NCBI GenBank assembly: GCA_964057225.1
Contig: OZ059896.1
Coordinates: 3,658,001 to 3,722,000 of the forward strand
Length of the DNA: 64,000 bases
Direction: 5' to 3'
Source: Auanema rhodensis
Lineage: Eukaryota; Animalia; Nematoda
Shown one piece after another: positions 15,550 through 31,040 of this stretch; position 1 is the stretch's first letter, and each line of letters opens with the position of its first letter. A program made the translations under genes and the position numbers. The notes under the pieces were generated by a model, which was not told where the DNA came from, ran no database searches, and saw only the letters and a program-made list of their open reading frames with translations.

Positions 15550-18500
15550 GACATGGGGAATCTAATTTTGAAAACCGCATCTCTTTATCTTTCACGTGAA
15601 GCGAGTTACATACCAAGTGCACATCACGTGTAAATTTAATTAGCATAAATTAAAGTTCACGTAAATTTCAAAGTCATGGTTACCATGCACCAATATCAAT
15701 AAAAATTTGTTTTTAGACTAATTTGAACATGGGGAATCTAATTTTGAAAACCGCATCTCTTTATCTTTCAAGTGAAGCGAGTTACATACCAAGTGCACTT
15801 CACGTTTACATTTAATTAGCATAAATTAAAGTTCACGTAAATTTCAAAGTCATGGTTACCATGAACCAATATCAATAAAAATTTGTTTTTAAACTAATAT
15901 GGACATGGGGAATCTAATTTTGAAAACCGCATCTCTTTATCTTTCACGTGAAGCGAGTTACATACCAAGTGCACATCACGTGTACATTTAATTAGCATAA
16001 ATTAAAGTTCACGTAAATTTCAAAGTCATGGTTACCATGAACCAATATCAATAAAAATTTGTTTTTAAACTAATATGGACATGGGGAATCTAATTTTGAA
16101 AACCGCATCTTTTTATCTTTCACGTGAAGCGAGTTACATACCTAGTGCACATCACGTGTACATTTAATTAGCATAAATTAAAGTTCACGTAAATTTCAAA
16201 GTCATGGTTACCATGCACCAATATCAATAAAAATTTGTTTTTAAACTAATATGGACATGGGGAATCTAATTTTGAAAACCGCATCTCTTTATCTTTCAAG
16301 TGAAGCGAGTTACATACCAAGTGCACATCACGTGTACATTTAATTAGCATAAATTAAAGTTCACGTAAATTTCAAAGTCATGGTTACCATGCACCAATAT
16401 CAATAAAAATTTGTTTTTAAACTAATATGGACATGGGGAATCTACTTTTGAAAACCGCATCTCTTTATCTTTCACGTGAAGCGAGTTACATACCTAGTGC
16501 ACATCACGTGTACATTTAATTAGCATAAATTAAAGTTCACGTAAATTTCAAAGTCATGGTTACCATGAACCAATATCAATAAAAATTTGTTTTTAAACTA
16601 ATATGGACATGGCGAATCTAATTTTGAAAACCGCATCTCTTTATCTTTCACATGAAGCGAGTTACATACCAAGTGCACATCACGTGTACATTTAATTAGC
16701 ATAAATTAAAGTTCACGTAAATTTCAAAGTCATGGTTACCATGCACCAATATCAATAAAAATTTGTTTTTAGACTAATATGGACATGGGGAATCTAATTT
16801 TGAAAACCGCATCTTTTTATATTTCAAGTGAAGCGAGTTACATACCAAGTGCACATCACGTGTACATTTAATTAGCATAAATTAAAGTTCACGTAAATTT
16901 CAAAGTCATGGTTACCATGCACCAATATCAATAAAAATTTGTTTTTAGACTAATATGGACATGGGGAATCTAATTTTGAAAATCGCATCTCTTTATCTTT
17001 CACGTGAAGCGAGTTACATACCAAGTGCACATCACGTGTACATTTAATTAGCATAAATTAAAGTTCACGTAAATTTCAAAGTCATGGTTACCATGCACCA
17101 ATATCAATAAAAATTTGTTTTTAGACTAATATGGACATGGGGAATCTAATTTTGAAAATAGCATCTCTTTATCTTTCACGTGAAGCGAGTTACATACCAA
17201 GTGCACATCACGTGTACATTTAATTAGCATAAATTAAAGTTCACGTAAATTTCAAAGTCATGGTTACCATGAACCAATATCAATAAAAATTTGTTTTTAG
17301 ACTAATATGGACATGGGGAATCTAATTTTGAAAACCGCATCTCTTTATCTTTCACGTGAAGCGAGTTACATACCAAGTGCACATCACGTGTAAATTTAAT
17401 TAGCATAAATTAAAGTTCACGTAAATTTCAAAGTCATGGTTACCATGCACCAATATCAATAAAAATTTGTTTTTAGACTAATTTGAACATGGGGAATCTA
17501 ATTTTGAAAATAGCATCTCTTTATCTTTCACGTGAAGCGAGTTACATACCAAGTGCACATCACGTGTACATTTAATTAGCATAAATTAAAGTTCACGTAA
17601 ATTTCAAAGTCATGGTTACCATGAACCAATATCAATAAAAATTTGTTTTTAGACTAATATGGACATGGGGAATCTAATTTTGAAAACCGCATCTCTTTAT
17701 CTTTCACGTGAAGCGAGTTACATACCAAGTGCACATCACGTGTAAATTTAATTAGCATAAATTAAAGTTCACGTAAATTTCAAAGTCATGGTTACCATGC
17801 ACCAATATCAATAAAAATTTGTTTTTAGACTAATTTGAACATGGGGAATCTAATTTTGAAAACCGCATCTCTTTATCTTTCAAGTGAAGCGAGTTACATA
17901 CCAAGTGCACTTCACGTTTACATTTAATTAGCATAAATTAAAGTTCACGTAAATTTCAAAGTCATGGTTACCATGAACCAATATCAATAAAAATTTGTTT
18001 TTAGACTAATATGAACATGGGGAATCTAATTTTGGAAACCGCATCTCTTTATCTTTCACGTGAAGCGAGTTACATACCAAGTGCACTTCACGTTTACATT
18101 TAATTAGCATAAATTAAAGTTCACGTAAATTTCAAAGTCATGGTTACCATGCACCAATATCAATAAAAATTTGTTTTTAAACTAATATGGACATGGGGAA
18201 TCTAATTTTGAAAACCGCATCTCTTTATCTTTCACGTGAAGCGAGTTACATACCTAGTGCACATCACGTGTACATTTAATTAGCATAAATTAAAGTTCAC
18301 GTAAATTTCAAAGTCATGGTTACCATGCACCAATATCAATAAAAATTTGTTTTTAAACTAATATGGACATGGGGAATCTACTTTTGAAAACCGCATCTCT
18401 TTATCTTTCACGTGAAGCGAGTTACATACCTAGTGCACATCACGTGTACATTTAATTAGCATAAATTAAAGTTCACGTAAATTTCAAAGTCATGGTTACC

Positions 18501-21500
18501 ATGAACCAATATCAATAAAAATTTGTTTTTAAACTAATATGGACATGGGGAATCTAATTTTGAAAACCGCATCTCTTTATCTTTCACGTGAAGCGAGTTA
18601 CATACCAAGTGCACATCACGTGTACATTTAATTAGCATAAATTAAAGTTCACGTAAATTTCAAAGTCATGGTTACCATGAACCAATATCAATAAAAATTT
18701 GTTTTTAAACTAATATGGACATGGGGAATCTAATTTTGAAAACCGCATCTTTTTATCTTTCACGTGAAGCGAGTTACATACCTAGTGCACATCACGTGTA
18801 CATTTAATTAGCATAAATTAAAGTTCACGTAAATTTCAAAGTCATGGTTACCATGCACCAATATCAATAAAAATTTGTTTTTAAACTAATATGGACATGG
18901 GGAATCTAATTTTGAAAACCGCATCTCTTTATCTTTCACGTGAAGCGAGTTACATACCTAGTGCACATCACGTGTACATTTAATTAGCATAAATTAAAGT
19001 TCACGTAAATTTCAAAGTCATGGTTACCATGAACCAATATCAATAAAAATTTGTTTTTAAACTAATATGGACATGGGGAATCTAATTTTGAAAACCGCAT
19101 CTCTTTATCTTTCACGTGAAGCGAGTTACATACCTAGTGCACATCACGTGTACATTTAATTAGCATAAATTAAAGTTCACGTAAATTTCAAAGACATGGT
19201 TACCATGAACCAATATCAATAAAAATTTGTTTTAAACTAATATGGACATGGGGAATCTAATTTTGAAAACCTCATCTCTTTATCTTTCACGTGAAGCGAG
19301 TTACATACCTAGTGCACATCACGTGTACATTTAATTAGCATAAATTAAAGTTCACGTAAATTTCGAAGTCATGGTTACCATGCACCAATATCAATACAAA
19401 TTTGTTTTTAAACTAATATGGACATGGGGAATCTAATTTTGAAAACCGTATCTCTTTATCTTTCACGTGAAGCGAGTTACATACCTAGTGCACATCACGT
19501 GTACATTTAATTAGCATAAATTAAAGTTCACGTAAATTTCAAAGTCATGGTTACCATGAACCAATATCAATAAAAATTTGTTTTTAAACTAATATGGACA
19601 TGAGGAATCTAATTTTGAAAACCGCATCTCTTTATCTTTCACGTGAAGCGAGTTACATACCTAGTGCACATCACGTGTACATTTAATTAGCATAAATTAA
19701 AGTTCACGTAAATTTCAAAGTCATGGTTACCATGAACCAATATCAATTAAAATTTGTTTTTAGACTAATATGGACATGGGGAATCTAATTTTGAAAACCG
19801 CATCTCTTAATCTTTCACGTGAAGCGAGTTACATATAAAGTGCACATCACGTGTACATTTAATTAGCATAAATTAAAGTTCACGTAAATTTCAAAGTCAT
19901 GGTTACCATGCACCAATATCAATAAAAATTTGTTTTTAAACTAATATGGACATGGGGAATCTAATTTTGAAAACCGTATCTCTTTATCTTTCACGTGAAG
20001 CGAGTTACATACCTAGTGCACATCACGTGTACATTTAATTAGCATAAATTAAAGTTCACGTAAATTTCAAAGTCATGGTTACCATGAACCAATATCAATA
20101 AAAATTTGTTTTTATACTAATATGGACATGAGGAATCTAATTTTGAAAACCGCATCTCTTAATCTTTCACGTGAAGCGAGTTACATATAAAGTGCACATC
20201 ACGTGTACATTTAATTAGCATAAATTAAAGTTCACGTAAATTTCAAAGTCATGGTTACCATGCACCAATATCAATAAAAATTTGTTTTTAAACTAATATG
20301 GACATGGGGAATCTAATTTTGAAAACCGTATCTCTTTATCTTTCACGTGAAGCGAGTTACATACCTAGTGCACATCACGTGTACATTTAATTAGCATAAA
20401 TTAAAGTTCACGTAAATTTCAAAGTCATGGTTACCATGAACCAATATCAATAAAAATTTGTTTTTAGACTAATATGGACATGGGGAATCTAATTTTGGAA
20501 ACCGCATCTCTTTATTTTTCACGTGAAGCGAGTTACATACCAAGTGCACATCACGTGTACATTTAATTAGCATAAATTAAAGTTCACGTAAATTTCAAAG
20601 TCATGGTTACCATGCACCAATATCAATAAAAATTTGTTTTTAGACTAATATGGACATGGGGAATCTAATTTTGAAAATCGCATCTCTTTATCATTCACGT
20701 GAAGCGAGTTACATACCAAGTGCACATCACGTGTACATTTAATTAGCATAAATTAAAGTTCACGTAAATTTCAAAGTCATGGTTACCATGAACCAATATC
20801 AATAAAAATTTGTTTTTAGACTAATATGGACATGGGGAATCTAATTTTGAAAACCGCATCTCTTTATCTTTCACGTGAAGCGAGTTACATATAAAGTGCA
20901 CATCACGTGTACATTTAATTAGCATAAATTAAAGTTCACGTAAATTTCAAAGTCATGGTTACCATGCACCAATATTAATAAAAATTTGTTTTTAGATTAA
21001 TATGGACATGGGGAATCTAATTTTGAAAACCGCATCTCTTTATCTTTCACGTGAAGCGAGTTACATACCAAGTGCACATCACGTGTACACTTAATTAGCA
21101 TAAATTAAAGTTCACGTAAATTTCAAAGTCATGGTTACCATGCACCAATATCAATAAAAATTGGTTTTTAGACTAATATGGACATGGGGAATCTAATTTT
21201 GAAAACCGCATCTCTTTATCTTTCACGTGAAGCGAGTTACATACCAAGTGCACATCACGTGTACATTTAATTAGCATAAATTAAAGTTCACGTAAATTTC
21301 AAAGTCATGGTTACCATGCACCAATATCAATAAAAATTCGTTTTTAGACTAATTTGGACATGGGGAATCTAATTTTGAAAACCGCATCTCTTTATCTTTC
21401 ACGTGAAGCGAGTTACATACCGAGTGCACATCACGTGTACATTTAATTAGCATAAATTAAAGTTCACGTAAATTTCAAAGTCATGGTTACCATGAACCAA

Positions 21501-24500
21501 TATCAATAAAAATTTGTTTTTAGACTAATATGGACATGGGGAATCTAATTTTGGAAACCGCATCTCTTTATTTTTCACGTGAAGCGAGTTACATACCAAG
21601 TGCACATCACGTGTACATTTAATTAGCATAAATTAAAGTTCACGTAAATTTCAAAGTCATGGTTACCATGCACCAATATCAATAAAAATTTGTTTTTAGA
21701 CTAATATGGACATGGGGAATCTAATTTTGAAAATCGCATCTCTTTATCTTTCACGTGAAGCGAGTTACATACCAAGTGCACATCACGTGTACATTTAATT
21801 AGCATAAATTAAAGTTCACGTAAATTTCAAAGTCATGGTTACCATGAACCAATATCAATAAAAATTTGTTTTTAGACTAATATGGACATGGGGAATCTAG
21901 ATTTGAAAATCGCATCTCTTTATCTTTCACGTGAAGCGAGTTACATATAAAGTGCACATCACGTGTACATTTAATTAGCATAAATTAAAGTTCACGTAAA
22001 TTTCAAAGTCATGGTTACCATGCACCAATATCAATAAAAATTCGTTTTTAGACTAATTTGGACATGGGGAATCTAATTTTGAAAACCGCATCTCTTTATC
22101 TTTCACGTGAAGCGAGTTACATACCAAGTGCACATCACGTGTAAATTTAATTAGCATAAATTAAAGTTCACGTAAATTTCAAAGTCATGGTTACCATGCA
22201 CCAATATCAATAAAAATTTGTTTTTAGACTAATTTGAACATGGGGAATCTAATTTTGAAAACCGCATCTCTTTATCTTTCAAGTGAAGCGAGTTACATAC
22301 CAAGTGCACTTCACGTTTACATTTAATTAGCATAAATTAAAGTTCACGTAAATTTCAAAGTCATGGTTACCATGAACCAATATCAATAAAAATTTGTTTT
22401 TAAACTAATATGGACATGGGGAATCTAATTTTGAAAACCGCATCTCTTTATCTTTCACGTGAAGCGAGTTACATACCAAGTGCACATCACGTGTACATTT
22501 AATTAGCATAAATTAAAGTTCACGTAAATTTCAAAGTCATGGTTACCATGAACCAATATCAATAAAAATTTGTTTTTAAACTAATATGGACATGGGGAAT
22601 CTAATTTTGAAAACCGCATCTTTTTATCTTTCACGTGAAGCGAGTTACATACCTAGTGCACATCACGTGTACATTTAATTAGCATAAATTAAAGTTCACG
22701 TAAATTTCAAAGTCATGGTTACCATGCACCAATATCAATAAAAATTTGTTTTTAAACTAATATGGACATGGGGAATCTAATTTTGAAAACCGCATCTCTT
22801 TATCTTTCAAGTGAAGCGAGTTACATACCAAGTGCACATCACGTGTACATTTAATTAGCATAAATTAAAGTTCACGTAAATTTCAAAGTCATGGTTACCA
22901 TGCACCAATATCAATAAAAATTTGTTTTTAAACTAATATGGACATGGGGAATCTACTTTTGAAAACCGCATCTCTTTATCTTTCACGTGAAGCGAGTTAC
23001 ATACCTAGTGCACATCACGTGTACATTTAATTAGCATAAATTAAAGTTCACGTAAATTTCAAAGTCATGGTTACCATGAACCAATATCAATAAAAATTTG
23101 TTTTTAAACTAATATGGACATGGCGAATCTAATTTTGAAAACCGCATCTCTTTATCTTTCACATGAAGCGAGTTACATACCAAGTGCACATCACGTGTAC
23201 ATTTAATTAGCATAAATTAAAGTTCACGTAAATTTCAAAGTCATGGTTACCATGCACCAATATCAATAAAAATTTGTTTTTAGACTAATATGGACATGGG
23301 GAATCTAATTTTGAAAACCGCATCTCTTTATATTTCAAGTGAAGCGAGTTACATACCAAGTGCACATCACGTGTACATTTAATTAGCATAAATTAAAGTT
23401 CACGTAAATTTCAAAGTCATGGTTACCATGCACCAATATCAATAAAAATTTGTTTTTAGACTAATATGGACATGGGGAATCTAATTTTGAAAATCGCATC
23501 TCTTTATCTTTCACGTGAAGCGAGTTACATACCAAGTGCACATCACGTGTACATTTAATTAGCATAAATTAAAGTTCACGTAAATTTCAAAGTCATGGTT
23601 ACCATGCACCAATATCAATAAAAATTTGTTTTTAGACTAATATGGACATGGGGAATCTAATTTTGAAAATAGCATCTCTTTATCTTTCACGTGAAGCGAG
23701 TTACATACCAAGTGCACATCACGTGTACATTTAATTAGCATAAATTAAAGTTCACGTAAATTTCAAAGTCATGGTTACCATGAACCAATATCAATAAAAA
23801 TTTGTTTTTAGACTAATATGGACATGGGGAATCTAATTTTGAAAACCGCATCTCTTTATCTTTCACGTGAAGCGAGTTACATACCAAGTGCACATCACGT
23901 GTAAATTTAATTAGCATAAATTAAAGTTCACGTAAATTTCAAAGTCATGGTTACCATGCACCAATATCAATAAAAATTTGTTTTTAGACTAATTTGAACA
24001 TGGGGAATCTAATTTTGAAAATAGCATCTCTTTATCTTTCACGTGAAGCGAGTTACATACCAAGTGCACATCACGTGTACATTTAATTAGCATAAATTAA
24101 AGTTCACGTAAATTTCAAAGTCATGGTTACCATGAACCAATATCAATAAAAATTTGTTTTTAGACTAATATGGACATGGGGAATCTAATTTTGAAAACCG
24201 CATCTCTTTATCTTTCACGTGAAGCGAGTTACATACCAAGTGCACATCACGTGTAAATTTAATTAGCATAAATTAAAGTTCACGTAAATTTCAAAGTCAT
24301 GGTTACCATGCACCAATATCAATAAAAATTTGTTTTTAGACTAATTTGAACATGGGGAATCTAATTTTGAAAACCGCATCTCTTTATCTTTCAAGTGAAG
24401 CGAGTTACATACCAAGTGCACTTCACGTTTACATTTAATTAGCATAAATTAAAGTTCACGTAAATTTCAAAGTCATGGTTACCATGAACCAATATCAATA

Positions 24501-27500
24501 AAAATTTGTTTTTAGACTAATATGAACATGGGGAATCTAATTTTGGAAACCGCATCTCTTTATCTTTCACGTGAAGCGAGTTACATACCAAGTGCACTTC
24601 ACGTTTACATTTAATTAGCATAAATTAAAGTTCACGTAAATTTCAAAGTCATGGTTACCATGCACCAATATCAATAAAAATTTGTTTTTAAACTAATATG
24701 GACATGGGGAATCTAATTTTGAAAACCGCATCTCTTTATCTTTCACGTGAAGCGAGTTACATACCTAGTGCACATCACGTGTACATTTAATTAGCATAAA
24801 TTAAAGTTCACGTAAATTTCAAAGTCATGGTTACCATGCACCAATATCAATAAAAATTTGTTTTTAAACTAATATGGACATGGGGAATCTACTTTTGAAA
24901 ACCGCATCTCTTTATCTTTCACGTGAAGCGAGTTACATACCTAGTGCACATCACGTGTACATTTAATTAGCATAAATTAAAGTTCACGTAAATTTCAAAG
25001 TCATGGTTACCATGAACCAATATCAATAAAAATTTGTTTTTAAACTAATATGGACATGGGGAATCTAATTTTGAAAACCGCATCTCTTTATCTTTCACGT
25101 GAAGCGAGTTACATACCAAGTGCACATCACGTGTACATTTAATTAGCATAAATTAAAGTTCACGTAAATTTCAAAGTCATGGTTACCATGAACCAATATC
25201 AATAAAAATTTGTTTTTAAACTAATATGGACATGGGGAATCTAATTTTGAAAACCGCATCTTTTTATCTTTCACGTGAAGCGAGTTACATACCTAGTGCA
25301 CATCACGTGTACATTTAATTAGCATAAATTAAAGTTCACGTAAATTTCAAAGTCATGGTTACCATGCACCAATATCAATAAAAATTTGTTTTTAAACTAA
25401 TATGGACATGGGGAATCTAATTTTGAAAACCGCATCTCTTTATCTTTCACGTGAAGCGAGTTACATACCTAGTGCACATCACGTGTACATTTAATTAGCA
25501 TAAATTAAAGTTCACGTAAATTTCAAAGTCATGGTTACCATGAACCAATATCAATAAAAATTTGTTTTTAAACTAATATGGACATGGGGAATCTAATTTT
25601 GAAAACCGCATCTCTTTATCTTTCACGTGAAGCGAGTTACATACCTAGTGCACATCACGTGTACATTTAATTAGCATAAATTAAAGTTCACGTAAATTTC
25701 AAAGACATGGTTACCATGAACCAATATCAATAAAAATTTGTTTTAAACTAATATGGACATGGGGAATCTAATTTTGAAAACCTCATCTCTTTATCTTTCA
25801 CGTGAAGCGAGTTACATACCTAGTGCACATCACGTGTACATTTAATTAGCATAAATTAAAGTTCACGTAAATTTCGAAGTCATGGTTACCATGCACCAAT
25901 ATCAATACAAATTTGTTTTTAAACTAATATGGACATGGGGAATCTAATTTTGAAAACCGTATCTCTTTATCTTTCACGTGAAGCGAGTTACATACCTAGT
26001 GCACATCACGTGTACATTTAATTAGCATAAATTAAAGTTCACGTAAATTTCAAAGTCATGGTTACCATGAACCAATATCAATAAAAATTTGTTTTTAAAC
26101 TAATATGGACATGAGGAATCTAATTTTGAAAACCGCATCTCTTTATCTTTCACGTGAAGCGAGTTACATACCTAGTGCACATCACGTGTACATTTAATTA
26201 GCATAAATTAAAGTTCACGTAAATTTCAAAGTCATGGTTACCATGAACCAATATCAATTAAAATTTGTTTTTAGACTAATATGGACATGGGGAATCTAAT
26301 TTTGAAAACCGCATCTCTTAATCTTTCACGTGAAGCGAGTTACATATAAAGTGCACATCACGTGTACATTTAATTAGCATAAATTAAAGTTCACGTAAAT
26401 TTCAAAGTCATGGTTACCATGCACCAATATCAATAAAAATTTGTTTTTAAACTAATATGGACATGGGGAATCTAATTTTGAAAACCGTATCTCTTTATCT
26501 TTCACGTGAAGCGAGTTACATACCTAGTGCACATCACGTGTACATTTAATTAGCATAAATTAAAGTTCACGTAAATTTCAAAGTCATGGTTACCATGAAC
26601 CAATATCAATAAAAATTTGTTTTTATACTAATATGGACATGAGGAATCTAATTTTGAAAACCGCATCTCTTAATCTTTCACGTGAAGCGAGTTACATATA
26701 AAGTGCACATCACGTGTACATTTAATTAGCATAAATTAAAGTTCACGTAAATTTCAAAGTCATGGTTACCATGCACCAATATCAATAAAAATTTGTTTTT
26801 AAACTAATATGGACATGGGGAATCTAATTTTGAAAACCGTATCTCTTTATCTTTCACGTGAAGCGAGTTACATACCTAGTGCACATCACGTGTACATTTA
26901 ATTAGCATAAATTAAAGTTCACGTAAATTTCAAAGTCATGGTTACCATGAACCAATATCAATAAAAATTTGTTTTTAGACTAATATGGACATGGGGAATC
27001 TAATTTTGGAAACCGCATCTCTTTATTTTTCACGTGAAGCGAGTTACATACCAAGTGCACATCACGTGTACATTTAATTAGCATAAATTAAAGTTCACGT
27101 AAATTTCAAAGTCATGGTTACCATGCACCAATATCAATAAAAATTTGTTTTTAGACTAATATGGACATGGGGAATCTAATTTTGAAAATCGCATCTCTTT
27201 ATCATTCACGTGAAGCGAGTTACATACCAAGTGCACATCACGTGTACATTTAATTAGCATAAATTAAAGTTCACGTAAATTTCAAAGTCATGGTTACCAT
27301 GAACCAATATCAATAAAAATTTGTTTTTAGACTAATATGGACATGGGGAATCTAATTTTGAAAACCGCATCTCTTTATCTTTCACGTGAAGCGAGTTACA
27401 TATAAAGTGCACATCACGTGTACATTTAATTAGCATAAATTAAAGTTCACGTAAATTTCAAAGTCATGGTTACCATGCACCAATATTAATAAAAATTTGT

Positions 27501-28570
27501 TTTTAGATTAATATGGACATGGGGAATCTAATTTTGAAAACCGCATCTCTTTATCTTTCACGTGAAGCGAGTTACATACCAAGTGCACATCACGTGTACA
27601 CTTAATTAGCATAAATTAAAGTTCACGTAAATTTCAAAGTCATGGTTACCATGCACCAATATCAATAAAAATTGGTTTTTAGACTAATATGGACATGGGG
27701 AATCTAATTTTGAAAACCGCATCTCTTTATCTTTCACGTGAAGCGAGTTACATACCAAGTGCACATCACGTGTACATTTAATTAGCATAAATTAAAGTTC
27801 ACGTAAATTTCAAAGTCATGGTTACCATGCACCAATATCAATAAAAATTCGTTTTTAGACTAATTTGGACATGGGGAATCTAATTTTGAAAACCGCATCT
27901 CTTTATCTTTCACGTGAAGCGAGTTACATACCGAGTGCACATCACGTGTACATTTAATTAGCATAAATTAAAGTTCACGTAAATTTCAAAGTCATGGTTA
28001 CCATGAACCAATATCAATAAAAATTTGTTTTTAGACTAATATGGACATGGGGAATCTAATTTTGGAAACCGCATCTCTTTATTTTTCACGTGAAGCGAGT
28101 TACATACCAAGTGCACATCACGTGTACATTTAATTAGCATAAATTAAAGTTCACGTAAATTTCAAAGTCATGGTTACCATGCACCAATATCAATAAAAAT
28201 TTGTTTTTAGACTAATATGGACATGGGGAATCTAATTTTGAAAATCGCATCTCTTTATCTTTCACGTGAAGCGAGTTACATACCAAGTGCACATCACGTG
28301 TACATTTAATTAGCATAAATTAAAGTTCACGTAAATTTCAAAGTCATGGTTACCATGAACCAATATCAATAAAAATTTGTTTTTAGACTAATATGGACAT
28401 GGGGAATCTAGATTTGAAAATCGCATCTCTTTATCTTTCACGTGAAGCGAGTTACATATAAAGTGCACATCACGTGTACATTTAATTAGCATAAATTAAA
28501 GTTCACGTAAATTTCAAAGTCATGGTTACCATGCACCAATATCAATAAAAATTCGTTTTTAGACTAATTT
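15550..28570 (+). repeat. Tandem duplication of a 37-monomer (6511-bp) block
   Basis: The 1-bp deletion (19230/25741) and variants AAGACATG, TTTCGAAG, ATCATTC, CTAGATTT, CACATGAA all recur at +6511. Boundaries are approximate (+/- ~70 bp). Confidence 0.93.
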
Positions 28571-29279
28571 GGACATGGGGAATCTAATTTTGAAAACCGC
28601 ATCTCTTTATCTTTCACGTGAAGCGAGTTACATACCGAGTGCACATCACGTGTACATTTAATTAGCATAAATTAAAGTTCACGTAAATTTCAAAGTCATG
28701 GTTACCATGAACCAATATCAATAAAAATTTGTTTTTAGACTAATATGGACATGGGGAATCTAATTTTGGAAACCGCATCTCTTTATTTTTCACGTGAAGC
28801 GAGTTACATACCAAGTGCACATCACGTGTACATTTAATTAGCATAAATTAAAGTTCACGTAAATTTCAAAGTCATGGTTACCATGAACCAATATCAATAA
28901 AAATTTGTTTTTAGACTAATATGGACATGGGGAATCTAATTTTGGAAACCGCATCTCTTTATTTTTCACGTGAAGCGAGTTACATACCAAGTGCACATCA
29001 CGTGTACATTTAATTAGCATAAATTAAAGTTCACGTAAATTTCAAAGTCATGGTTACCATGCACCAATATCAATAAAAATTTGTTTTTAGACTAATATGG
29101 ACATGGGGAATCTAATTTTGAAAATCGCATCTCTTTATCTTTCACGTGAAGCGAGTTACATATAAAGTGCACATCACGTGTACATTTAATTAGCATAAAT
29201 TAAAGTTCACGTAAATTTCAAAGTCATGGTTACCATGCACCAATATTAATAAAAATTTGTTTTTAGATTAATATGGACA

Positions 29280-31040
29280 TGGGGAATCTAATTTTGAAAA
29301 CCGCATCTCTTTATCTTTCACGTGAAGCGAGTTACATACCAAGTGCACATCACGTGTACACTTAATTAGCATAAATTAAAGTTCACGTAAATTTCAAAGT
29401 CATGGTTACCATGCACCAATATTAATAAAAATTTGTTTTTAGATTAATATGGACATGGGGAATCTAATTTTGAAAACCGCATCTCTTTATCTTTCACGTG
29501 AAGCGAGTTACATACCAAGTGCACATCACGTGTACATTTAATTAGCATAAATTAAAGTTCACGTAAATTTCAAAGTCATGGTTACCATGAACCAATATCA
29601 ATAAAAATTTGTTTTTAGACTAATATGGACATGGGGAATCTAATTTTGAAAATCGCATCTCTTTATCTTTCACGTGAAGCGAGTTACATATAAAGTGCAC
29701 ATCACGTGTACATTTAATTAGCATAAATTAAAGTTCACGTAAATTTCAAAGTCATGGTTACCATAAACCAATATCAATAAAAATTTGTTTTTAGACTAAT
29801 ATGGACATGGGGAATCTAATTTTGAAAATCGCATCTCTTTATCTTTCACGTGAAGCGAGTTACATATAAAGTGCACATCACGTGTACATTTAATTAGCAT
29901 AAATTAAAGTTCACGTAAATTTCAAAGTCATGGTTACCATGCACCAATATTAATAAAAATTTGTTTTTAGATTAATATGGACATGGGGAATCTAATTTTG
30001 AAAACCGCATCTCTTTATCTTTCACGTGAAGCGAGTTACATACCAAGTGCACATCGCGTGTACCTTTAATTAGCATAAATTAAAGTTCACGTAAATTTCA
30101 AAGTCATGGTTACCATGCACCAATATCAATAAAAATTCGTTTTTAGACTAATTTGGACATGGGGAATCTAATTTTGAAAACCGCATCTCTTTATCTTTCA
30201 CGTGAAGCGAGTTACATACCAAGTGCACATCACGTGTACACTTAATTAGCATAAATTAAAGTTCACGTAAATTTCAAAGTCATGGTTACCATGCACCAAT
30301 ATTAATAAAAATTTGTTTTTAGATTAATATGGACATGGGGAATCTAATTTTGAAAACCGCATCTCTTTATCTTTCACGTGAAGCGAGTTACATACCAAGT
30401 GCACATCACGTGTACATTTAATTAGCATAAATTAAAGTTCACGTAAATTTCAAAGTCATGGTTACCATGAACCAATATCAATAAAAATTTGTTTTTAGAC
30501 TAATATGGACATGGGGAATCTAATTTTGAAAATCGCATCTCTTTATCTTTCACGTGAAGCGAGTTACATATAAAGTGCACATCACGTGTACATTTAATTA
30601 GCATAAATTAAAGTTCACGTAAATTTCAAAGTCATGGTTACCATGAACCAATATCAATAAAAATTTGTTTTTAGACTAATATGGACATGGGGAATCTAAT
30701 TTTGAAAATCGCATCTCTTTATCTTTCACGTGAAGCGAGTTACATATAAAGTGCACATCACGTGTACATTTAATTAGCATAAATTAAAGTTCACGTAAAT
30801 TTCAAAGTCATGGTTACCATGCACCAATATTAATAAAAATTTGTTTTTAGATTAATATGGACATGGGGAATCTAATTTTGAAAACCGCATCTCTTTATCT
30901 TTCACGTGAAGCGAGTTACATACCAAGTGCACATCGCGTGTACCTTTAATTAGCATAAATTAAAGTTCACGTAAATTTCAAAGTCATGGTTACCATGCAC
31001 CAATATCAATAAAAATTCGTTTTTAGACTAATTTGGACAT
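29280..31040 (+). repeat. Tandem duplication of a 5-monomer (880-bp) block
   Basis: Rare double variant ATCGCGTGTACCTTT at ~30056 and ~30936 (+880); chimeric monomer at 30094. Boundaries are approximate. Confidence 0.85.
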
